From: Chiloscyllium plagiosum
Taxonomy: Eukaryota
Reading direction: 5' to 3'
Assembly: GCF_004010195.1 (NCBI RefSeq)
Contig: NC_057718.1
Span: forward strand, 4,907,291 to 4,958,979
Length of the DNA: 51,689 nucleotides
Shown: one piece after another, positions 11,325-23,300 of the stretch
Layout of the letters: each line of letters begins with the position of its first letter
Numbering within the stretch: position 1 is the first letter of the stretch
Position numbers and translations under genes: made by a program
Notes under the pieces: generated by a model
Databases searched by the model: none
The model's input: only the letters and a program-made list of their open reading frames with translations
What the model was told of the DNA's origin: nothing

Positions 11325-14300
11325 CTTATTCATAAAATAAATTCAATATTAAACAACAATTTAAAATAATGCACATGTATAAACCATCTCGACGGTAAGG
11401 ACAGTTGGATTGAGCTTTTGTCAGTTATCACTTGACCTTTCTTCTGCTCTCTCTCCGTAGCCAGAACTAACCCACAGTACAGCAAACCTTTTATTAACCG
11501 GCACATTTTTACGGATGCACCACAGAAAGCATTCTCTCTGAATATAACACTGTGGGCTCATAGAGTCATACAGCCCTTCAGTCCAACCAGTCCATGCCGA
11601 CCCATAATCCCAAATTAAACTCGCCCCACCTGCCTGCTCCTGGCCCATATCCCTCCAAACCTTTCCTATTCATGTACTTATCCAAATGTCTTTAAAACAG
11701 TCTAATTGTACCCACATCCACCACTTCCACTGGAAGTTCATTCCAAACGCAAACCACCCGCTGTATAAAAAAAATTACCCCTCATGTCGTTTGTAAATCT
11801 TTCTCCTCTCACTTTAAAAGTCTGCCCCCAAGATTTGAAAGTCCCCCAGCCTGGGGAAAAGATACCAATAATTAAATCTATACCCATGGTAACTGCTCAT
11901 GCCAAGAAACTGCAGAGAGTTGTGAACACAGCCCAGTCCATCACACAAACCAGCCGTCCATCCATTGACTCCATCTATACTTCCCACTGCCTCGGGAAAG
12001 CAGCCAACATTATAAAGACCCCTCCCATCCCAGTCATAATCTCTTCCACCCTCTTCCATCGGGCAGAGATACAAAAGCTTAAACACACATAAGAACAGAT
12101 TCAAGAACAGCTTCTTCCCCACTGTTATTAGACTTCTGAATGAACCTCTCAAATTAAATTTTATGCTGCTCTCGTTTTCTGTGCACCTTCTCTGCAGCCG
12201 TTACATTGTATTTCTCGTTCTGTTCTATTATCCTAATGCACTTTGTATGGTATGATCTACCTGTACTGCATGCAATACAAAACTTTTCACTGTATTTAGG
12301 TACACGTGACAATAATAAATCAAAGCAAATTAAATCGAGGGGACCAGGAATGTGCCGGATGATCGAATATTCTGGGTAATCAAGAGGTGCACATTACCTT
12401 TGTAAGCACACTCACTGAATAATAGAAATGTAATGCAGGGGCAATACACATCACAGGTAAACTTAATTTACAGCATAAATCACTTAAATAATAATGAAAC
12501 TTTGTCTTAAATAAAACTTACCAGCAGAGAGCCGTTTCACTCCTACCCTCAACTGACCATTCAGGCATTACTGCAGATTGCGGTATTTGAAGAGATATTG
12601 ACGCAAAATTAAACCAACTCTTGATATTTCATGAGGCCATTTAATTGAACAACAAGTATATTTGGGCAGCACAGTGGCTCAGTGGTTAGCGCTGCTGCCT
12701 CACAGCGCCAGGGACCCAGGTTCGGTTCCAGCCTCGGGAGACTGTCTGTGTGGAGTTTGCACATTCTCCCCGTGTCTGCATGGGTTTCCTCCCATGGTCC
12801 AAAGTTGTGCAGGTCAGATGAATTGGCCATGCTAAATTGCCCCAGAGTGTTAGGTGCATTAGTCAGAGGGAAATGGGTCTGGGTGGGTTACTCTTCAGAG
12901 GGTCGGTGTGGACTGGTTGTGCCAAAGGGCCTGTTTCCACACTGTAGGGAATCTAATCTAATCTTACACTGAGGTGAATAAACTTTGATCAGCATGGGTC
13001 ATAGGGCCTGTCTCCGTGTTGTAGGACTCTATGACTCTAAAAGCTATACTAATTGGATGGTATATTCAAGGCTGAGGTAGATTTTTAACTAGTTGAAGGA
13101 ACCAAGATGAATGGTGACAAAGCAGGAAAGTGGAGCTGAGGGTTATCAGGTCTCACTGAATGGATGAGCAGACTCAATGGGCTGAATGGCCTGCTTCTGT
13201 GCCTATGTAATATGGTCAGAATAATGCCGTAAACCTTGTGGTATTTGAGGTACATAATTTTGCCGGTTTATGGAAGGTGCAGAAGGCTCTTGTTAAAACA
13301 ATGTTTGCTGTACCATGACCATCAGCAGGGGGCGAGGCAAGAACAGGGTCCTGCATTCACTCAGACCAGAAAGGTGACCAAGACCCACTCTGCTCACTCT
13401 AACCTGACCCACACTGATCCTCCGGCCAGGTGAACCAACTAAACCGCCAAGGAATATGAACTGCAGTAGAAACACACATTGTGCATGTGTATTACAGCCT
13501 GTAGCAGCTGTCACTTATTCCCATCACATGGCCACGCATGAATTCCCACCCCTCACTGCCTGCCAATGGGGGGAGGATTGACCAGTTGACAGTGCACTTG
13601 TGTGACCACGTTATGGACGTACCGACCTGGACTGAGGCTCGAACCCGCATCCTCTGGCTCAGAGGCAGGGACACTACCCACTGTACCACAAAGGCTTCTA
13701 ACACACCCTTGTCTGTTATTCAATGATTCAAACCTTTGTTTCTCCTGCTGTAACACGAGGAGCTCCAAGGACCAGCATTCCTAGTTTTGGCCAGGTGAGG
13801 AATATTGCATAAACCACCCCTTTCTCCACTCCAGCTGTGTACCTGGAAAAACATAATAAATTCTCAGAAGATAAAATGTCTTCAATAATTGACAAACAGC
13901 ATTGGCACCATCACACTTTCAGAATGGAAATGAGGGCCTGGTCAGTGAGTGAATGAGGCGGCCAAAGGCATTAGTGTAAATGGGATTGGGGAGCTGTGTA
14001 GAGTGAGATAATGTATGAGGTATGGTCTCAATGAACGGTGGAACAGGTTTGTGTGGCTAAGCTCTCTTCTCCTGTTCCAATGGGGTGGTAGTGGCTCAGT
14101 GGGGTTCGATTCCAGCCTCAGGCGACTGTCTGTGTGGAGTTTGCACATTCTCCCTGTGTCTGCGTGGGTTTCCTCTGGGTGCTCCAGTTTCCTCCCACAA
14201 TCCAAAGATGTGCAGGCTCGGTGGAAATTGCCTACAGTGTACAGGAACGCATAGGCTAGGTGCATTAGTCAGGGGAAATGTAGAGTAATATGATAGGGGA

Positions 14301-17300
14301 ATGGGTCAGGGTGGGATACTCTTTCAGAGGGTTGATGTAGACATGTTGGGCCAAATGGCCTGTTTCCACACCGTGGGGATTCTGCAATGAGAAATGAGCA
14401 GATCAAAATGCTGGCAAAGAGGAATATTTGAAAGGAATGTTTGACATTCAAGGGGTCAGAATGGGGCCCCTGGTTTAACAACTCTGTGAGAAGACAGCAG
14501 TTCCAATAGCGCAGCACTCCCTCAGGACTGCACTGGAGAGTCACTGTGCTCCAGTCTCCGGAGGGAAACTTGATAAAGAGACCTTGTGACAGCGGAGGGG
14601 TGGACTGTTACCTATTGAGGAATAGAGGCAGGGTGCCTGCAGAGTGGAGAGATAAATTTATCTTCATTTACCTCTCCACTCTGCAGGCACCCTGCCTCTA
14701 TTCCTGATGAAGGGCTTTTGCCCGAAACATCAATTTTCTTGCTCCTCGGATGCTGCCTGACCTGCTGTGCTTTTCCAGCACACTCTGATCTAGACTCTGG
14801 TTTCCAGCATCTGCAGTCATTGTTTTTACCTGTTACCTATTGAGCCATGGCTGATAGCAATGTGCTAACATCAGAACAGAGGAACCAGGAGCAGGAGTAG
14901 GCCATCTTGCTCCTCGAGCCTGCTCAGCCATTCAATAAGATCATGGTTGACCTCTGATACACTCCTGTCTATCACATTTGGTCTCAAATTTCAGAATAAT
15001 GGAGAGCTTCTCGAATACAAGATAAAGGGCACGTATTGCTGAGGCTGTACAAGGCTCTGTTCACAGCCCTTCTGGAATATTGTGAGCAGCTTTGGGCCCC
15101 ATATCTAAGGAAGGATGTGTTGGCATTGGAGACAGTCCAGAGGTGGTTTACAAGAATAATTTCAGGGACGATGTGCTTGTCATATGAGGAACGGTTGACG
15201 ACTCTGCGTCTGTTCTCGATGGAGTTTAGAAAGATGAAGGACGGAATCTGATTGAGTACTGAGGCACCTAGATAGAGTGGACTGTGGAGAAGATGATTCC
15301 CTCGTAGGAGAGGCTAGGACACAAGGAGAAGAGCCTCAGGTGAAGAGACGAACTGAAATGAAGAGGGTGGTAACTCTGTGGAACTCGTTGCTGCAGAGGG
15401 CTGTGGAGGCCAGGTTATTGAGTGTATTTAAGAGAGAGATAGATAGGTTCTTGATTTGTAAGGGGATCAAGGGTTACAGGGAGAAGGAAGGAGAATAGGG
15501 TTGAGAAATACATTAGGGGCCATGATTGAATGGTGGAGCAGATTTGATGAGCTGAGTGGCCTAATTTCTGCTTCTATATTTTATGGTTTTACAGTCTCTC
15601 CATCATTAGCAAAACGTCAACAGAGGGAAAATCTGACGGTCTCTCGCATAAACATAACAGCTACATTTCTTGTGGGAACTAGGGTTGGGGTGTGGGGGGC
15701 TAAATTTTACACCTGTGTGTCACAGACAGTCTGTCTAATACAGAAACTGCCTCCACTCATCTCCAATTCTTCTTAGCCAGCAGTGGGAAACAGAGCATGT
15801 GCATGTTACACCTGACGGAGCAGGTTTAACCTTTTCAGAGAGTCTCAGACAGTTAGGAAGCCCTTTTTTGCAGAGGTGCCCTGCATCCTCTTGGATATGG
15901 TCCTGGAATACCTTTAGCGGGGCTCCAGTACCCTTTGGGAAGGGTAAGGTGTACCTTGAGATTGTCACAAGTGGAGTAGACACGCAAGTACATAAACTCA
16001 ATTAAAACTGTCAATCACATTATCACTGTCAAAAGCAACTGAGAAGCTGCTACAAATTCAAAAAATGTTGGAAATCACAGCAGGTCAGGGAGCATCCATG
16101 GACAGGATATGGAACAAGCTAACGTTTCAAGTCTCAAAGATTCTTCGTCAGAGTTGGTAGGCATTAGAAGCTCCCACCCTTTAAATATTGAAAAATAAAC
16201 TCTCTGGAACGTTAAAAGCAAAAGCTGCTATTTCTCTCTGTCTGTTCACAGAAGCACAGGGATTACCATCATAAGATTCATATTGTAGGTCTGATTTCAC
16301 AACCTTGCATTATCACAGTTGGCTGCCCGTAACTCACAGTTTGCTCCAAGTTGTGATTAATGCTTTGAAGTGGAACTATAAATTCCAATGTGTGTGTTTT
16401 TACGAGATTAGCAAAAAGTAACTGCATGAATTGATTTTGTTCAATCAATTGGAAATTTTAAAAAATAATAAATTCTTCAATGGACAATTAGAACTTTACT
16501 TCATCTTATTTCAGCATGAACCCCGAGGCCTAGTCATGATGTGGAGGTGCCGGTGTTGGCCTGGGGTATACAAGGTCAGAAGTCACATGACACCAAGTTA
16601 TAGTCCAACAGGTTTATTTGAAATCACAAGCTTTCAGAGCGCTGCCCCTTCATCAGGTGAAGTTCATCTGACCTGCTGAAGGAGTAGCGCTCCAAAAGCT
16701 TGCCTGACAGTCGCCTGAGGCTGGAATCGAACCCGGGTCCCTGGTGCTGTGAGGCAGCAGTGCTAACCACTGAGCCACTACCACCCCCATTGGAACAGGA
16801 GGAGAGAGCTTAGCCACACAAACCTGTTCCACCGTTCATTGAGACCATACCTCATACATTATTTCAGTCTACATAGCTCCCCAATCCCATTTACACCCTG
16901 GAAAAGCACAGTAGGTCAAGCAGCTTCCAAGGAGCAGGAGCAGCAGGGGTGGCACGGTGGCTCAGTGGTTAGCACTGCAGCCTCATGTGACTTCTATGAC
17001 ATGGTGTCATGTGACTTCTGACCTAATCATGATGGATATTGGCCACCCCAAGAATAAAACTTCCCAAAAATTACTTTGTATAGTTTTGAGTGCTTTTATC
17101 TAAAGGTTTTATTTGTTATGATTTGATTACAGTATGTAAGGACATGATGGTGCTATTATTTTCTAATCAGCATCCATGACTTGTTTTTTATCATCAAGTG
17201 AGTATTTTTTTGTATCTTCTTGGTATTTCCATGGATGCATTCTTGTGCCACCATTATGTACACTATGTATTGACTAATCCCCATCTCCATGCATGTAGTT

Positions 17301-20300
17301 TGTTTTTCATGGTACATTGCCATAAGAATATGTCAACTATAGAGTTTATTGAGGACTGTCAAATGAATTATTGTTGATGGAAACTATTCTAACTGCAAAG
17401 GGCAAACACACTTGCAACTATTGTCAAAAATATATTGGAAATAATTTGAATTAAAAATAACTGTTGGGGTACCTTTTTGACCCAAAAAAAAAATAAAACT
17501 TCCCACCTCTGCCCCCTAGAGGCCTTGTTCTTTATAAACCTACCAGACTCCAGGAGTGATGGTATCATTCTGCACTCTCCAGGTCTTTGTACTGTATACT
17601 GCCTCGCCATTTACTTGCAGCCACTGCCCCATCTGCCTCAGCCTCTCCTCAAAGATAGGGAGTATCCGTCCATCATGAGTGGAGCCAATATTCATCAAGA
17701 GATTTCCTCCACAGGAGATGGTCTCAACCAGGGTCTGGAATGAGTGAACGAAAGAATCAATGCTTCTCACAGACAAATCTTCCATAAATATTTTTCAAAG
17801 TGATATTTGTCTGATTAGAATTCCTTGTTAATGTGCGATATCATGCAAACAAAGTTTACAGTTTCCCAGTCCAAATAATTTAAGCTTTAATCCAGCTTTT
17901 AAAATACACGGTAGTCGAGAAGGGGCCTGGAAGCAAGCTAGGCAGCATCAGGAGGTGGAGAGGTCGATGTTTTGAGTTTAACTCCTCTTCAGGACTGGGG
18001 GTGGGTGGAAGGGGAACATCAGAAAAAGGTGGGGTGAGTGGGGTTAAACAGCACACAAACAGGCCATTCGACCCAATCGGTGTATATCAGCTCAATGTAA
18101 AGTTTTCTCCCGGTACCTTCCACTACCATCACAAGAAGTGCAAAACCTGCACCCACACCTCCCCCCTCACCTCCGTCCAAGGCCCCAAAGCATCCTTCCA
18201 CATTCGACAGAAATTTACCTGTACTTCCGCCCATGTCATCTACTGTATCCGTTGCACCCAATGCGGTCTCCTCTACATCGGGGGGACAAGACGAAAACTT
18301 GCGGAAAGTTTCAGAGAACATCTCTGGGACACCCGCACCAACCAACCCCACCGCCCTGTGGCTGAACACTTTAACTCCCCCTCCACCAAGGACATGCAGA
18401 TCCTGGGCCTCCTCCATCACCACTCCCTAACCACCTGAAGGAAGAATGCCTCATTTTCCACCTTGGGACCCTGCAACCACACGGGATCGATGTGGATTTC
18501 AGCAGTTACCCATTTCCCCTCCCCCCACCTTATCTCTCATCCCCGGCCCACAAGCCTCATTCCTGATGAAGGGTTTATGCATAAAATGTCGACTCTCCTG
18601 CTCCTCGGATGCTGCCTGACCTGCTGTGCATTTCCAGCAGCTCACTCTGACTCTGATCTCCAGCATCTACAGTCCTCAGTTTCTCCCAGTGTGAGGTTTT
18701 GCCTGATATTGATATTGTCATGCACTTTGGGACGTTTGTCCACATTAAAAGGTGCTACATAAATGCAGACTGGTGCTTGTTCTTTGCTAATATTGCAAAA
18801 TGGACTCATGGCAAATTGTTTCATTTTAATTTTTTCCTAAGAGCATATTTCATCATTTATATTTTTATTTTTTTGTTTTGAGTGAAGTAAAGATGTCAAT
18901 GGTCCCACTGTAATCTCTCATGGTTGTGAACCTGTAACTGACCTGAAATGTAACCATTTTATTTACAGGAATACCTTCCTTACTGGGCAGCCCATGATTG
19001 CATCAATTCTCATTTTGAATCCTATTGGTTGGGCTTCTTAGTGATCTCCCATTGGTTTACAGATTCGGCAAAGAAATATGTTGGACCAATCCGAATGATC
19101 AGATATTGGTTAGGCTATGATGCAATCTTTGATCTCATTGGTTAGCAGCCCCATCAATGGAAGTGTCCCACCAATAAGTAATCCTATTACAGGCGAATGA
19201 CCCAAATAAAGATGCAGACATAGAGGAAAAGAAGGAATGGAAGAAAAGATAGGGAGACATATCAAGGGAGGGAGAGACAGATACCTGTATATAGCGAAAG
19301 AGAGATAGCAAGATGGAAGGACAGATAGTTATTAGATTAGATTCCTTACAGTGTGGAAATAGGCCCTTCGGCCCAACAAGTCCACACCGATCCTCCAAGG
19401 AGTAACCCACCCAGACACATTTTCCTCTGACTAATGCACCTAACACTACGGGCAATTTGGCACAGCCAATTCACCTGACCTGCACATCTTTGGACTGTGG
19501 GAATAAACCAAAGCACCTGGAGGAAACCCACACAGACACGGGGACAAACTCCACACTGACAGTTGCCTGAGGCTAGAATTGAACCTGGAACCCTGGTGCT
19601 GAGAGGCTGCAGTGCTAATCACTGAGCCACCCTGCCACCCCTGCTGCTCCTGCTCCTGCTCCTTGGAAGCTGCTTGACCTACTGTGCTTTTCCAGAACTA
19701 CACTCTTTGACTCTGATCTCCAGCATCTGCGGTCCTCACTTTCTCACAGCACTTTACAAAAATAATGGTAAGGGAGAACAGCGACCCAGGAGGCTTTCAG
19801 TTAGTTTTCCACACAGAAGATACACAGAGAGGTATTTCTGCTTTACCAGCCCCTCTGCTCCATTGCTCATACCAAAACCTGGAAAGGAGCTGACAAAACA
19901 TTGCAGTCAGGCAGATTCCCCTCTAGGTCATCATCTTCACCCTGTCGGCTTTCACTCGCACTGATGTGCAGGAGCCGGTGTCGGACTGGGGTGGGCAAAG
20001 TTAAAAATCACACACCAGGTTATAGTCTAACAGGTTTATTTGGAAGCACTAGCTTTTGGAGCGCTGCTCCTTCATTAGCTACCTCACAAAGGAGCAGTGC
20101 TTCGAAAGCTAGTGCTTCCAAATAAACCTGTTAGACTATAACCTGATGTTGTGTGATTTTTAACTTTGTTCACTCTCACTGTTCAGGAAAAGGCATTATT
20201 GCACACAATTAAGGGATATGGGTCAAAGGCAGTTATATGGGGTTAGGCCGATCAGCCATCATCTCATTGAATTAGACAGGCATGAGGCTGGAAGAACACA

Positions 20301-23300
20301 GCAAGCCAGGCAGCATCAGGAGCTGCAGAAATCGCCGTTTCAGGTGTAACCCTTCATTAGGGCTGGTTGTGAGCAGAGCTGCGTATAAAGGGAGTGGTGG
20401 GGGCAGGGTGGTGAGGTGGGGATAGGTGAAGACAGGTAGAGGGCATGACCTGGTTGGTCAATGGGAGGAATGAATCCAGTTAGTGGCATGGAGCAGTGGA
20501 AGGGAGGGGGAGGGGCTGGGAAGGGAGTCAGGGGATGGGGAGGGAAGTTATTTGAAATTGGAGGACTCAATGTTGTGTCCTCTGGGCTGTAGGGTGCCCA
20601 AGAGGAAGATAAGGTGTTGTTCCTCCAGTAGGAGTTGTGGTTTGTTTTGGCAATGGAGGAGGCCAAGGATGGTTCTGCAGGCCAATTGGGAAATGATGAA
20701 TAGAAGGTAGTTAGACCGCTTTGACAAAGGGTCAGTTAGACTCGAATCGTCAGGTATTTTCTCTCCTTACAGATGCTGCCAGACCTGTTGGGACTTTCCA
20801 GCATTTTCTCTTATGGTTTTGTAGGAAAGGGTGTGGGAAATGGGCGGTGACTGGGAGCCTCTGCGATGCTCGGTGAGCCGTTCCCTAAGTTACGTTCGGT
20901 CTCCCCGATGTAGAGAAGGCCACATCGGGGGCACCTGATGCAGTAAACTAGGTTGGAGGAGACGCATCTGGAAGGGCTATTTGGTGCCCCGGATGGAGGT
21001 GAGGGGGACGGTGTACCGGCAGGTTTTGCAACTTTTACAGGCTCAAGGGGCTGAATGGCCTATTCCTGTTTCTATGTAACTCAAAGTGCTCCGTAAACAT
21101 GCTTTGTGCACTCTCCTTAGCTTGAAGGGATATCCACCCTTTAGAATCCACAATCCAAAAGAAAAGAGAAAAATAAATATGTGATCTTTACAACAGAGAG
21201 AGAATGACAGACAGCCAGAAAAAAAAGACTTGCATTTATATAGCACCTCTCATGACCACCAGACCTGGCAAGATGCATCCTAGGTAAATATGATCTTTTT
21301 GAAATGTAATCCTTTTTTCAATGTAAGAAAAGCTAAAGCCAGTTGGTGCACAGAAATCCCCACAGCCAGCAAGGTAACAATGATCAGATAAGATTTCCAT
21401 GGAGGAAAATACATCGACGAAGGCACCAAGAGGATTCCCTGCATTTCTTCAAAGTCATGGTGTGGGATCCTCACTGCAGGCACGACTGGGTTGGAAGACA
21501 GCACTTGTGACAGCGCAACACTCTCTCACTGCACCTCAGTCCCAAAAGCACCCTCACTGATGGGCAGCCACCCTGCAGGTAAATGGCCTCAGGACTCATC
21601 AGGCAGGCTACACTGATGGGGAAGAGGGGAACCAATCACAAGGTCAGAGTGAGAGGTGTTCTCCAGCAATTCTTGCCAATGTGGTGGTTGCTGAAGAGGC
21701 AGGGCAAAGGTCATAGGCCATGGCATCATCCAACGCCCCCAATTTAACCACCCACTCCCATGGCTTCAGCCCATTCGCAGGCAGTGTGTGGAATTCCAAC
21801 CAGAGACAGACAGACAGACAGACATTGAGAGACAGAGACAGCGCAAAGCTCAGAAGTACAGAGAGAGGCAGGGAGTATGCATATTACCTTCACCAGTTCT
21901 TCTATTGAAAGATAATCACTGAGTTTGGCGTCTCTTCTGTATCCCCAGGATTTCCGGTCTATGCTCATGCAATTCTCCCACTTATGAGCCAGCAGGTGGC
22001 CAGGGTTATACCGATCAGTACAGGTGTAGTAGCCACCATGCTTGCAGATTGTGCCATATCCCCAGCGGTCATTAGTTACAACCGTCTTCCCAACTGGGCT
22101 AGAACAACAATATTACAGGAGCAGAGTTAAATGAGGGGGGAGGTAAGTGTCTAACAGTGAAGGGACTGTGTTCTGTTTGTTTACGTCTCAGACATTTTAT
22201 AGACAGGATTCCTCACCCAGAAAGCAAAGGGAGCTGCATGTATACAGCAATAGTTACACCCAGAGTGCCGTTCGGGATGGAGGCTCAGCATTTGACCCAG
22301 CAGCAGTGAAGGAACAGTGATATGTTTCCAAATTATACAGCAGGTTCATGTCAGGCACAACAGGAAAACCAGGGGATTGAGGGTGGAAAACGAGTGGAGT
22401 CAGAGGTGTGAAGGGATTGGAATTAGGTGGGGAAGAGTGTTTCCACTTGTTTTCCCTTCCTAACCTTGCCTACTCCCTACTTTCTGGGGAAGCTATCTCC
22501 CAGTAGTATTATGACCCGACTATTAATCCAGTGAGCCAGGAAATGTTCTAGGAACCTGTGTTTGTATTCCACCACGGCAGATGGTGGAATTTGAAATCAA
22601 TAAAAATCTGGAATTTAGAGTTGAACAATCAGCATGAAACCATTGTCTCCAGCTGGAATAACCTATTTAGTTCATTAATGTTCTTTAAGGAAGGAAACTG
22701 CTGTCCTTAATCAGTCTGGCTTACAGAGGACTCCAGACCCACAGCAACATGGTTGACTCTTAACTACCCTCTGGGCAATTAGGGATGGATAATCCCTTGC
22801 TAACGACGCCCACATCCCATGAATGAATGGAAATTAAGGTGAGGATGGTTACTGGTTCACCTACACACACAGCTCAGTACCTGTGGTTATAGAGCCAATC
22901 CAGGAAACCAGTGCTGTTCCAGTAGGTGTCGGGTGCATCTCCATCTCCATCAGACCAGAGAATTTCTGGCTGGTATTTGTTCACGATTTCGTACAGCTCT
23001 GGTAAGCTCTTGGTTGTGGGGAACTTGTTGGTCGTGAACACATTGGCAGCATCTTCCAGGAAATCTGGGTTAAACCATTCAAAGAGAGAATGGTACAGGC
23101 CAAATCTCAGCTTTGTCCGGTTTCTGACAGCATGGGCCAGCTCTCCAACGAGATCACAGTGAGGACCTGAGTCAACTGCATTCCAATTCCATGAGTACTT
23201 TGATCCCCACAGTGTAAAGCCTAAACAAATCACACAAACGACATCTCCTGAATGAAACATTAACACATTCTCCATCTCTGCGCCCAACCTATTTGCAACA

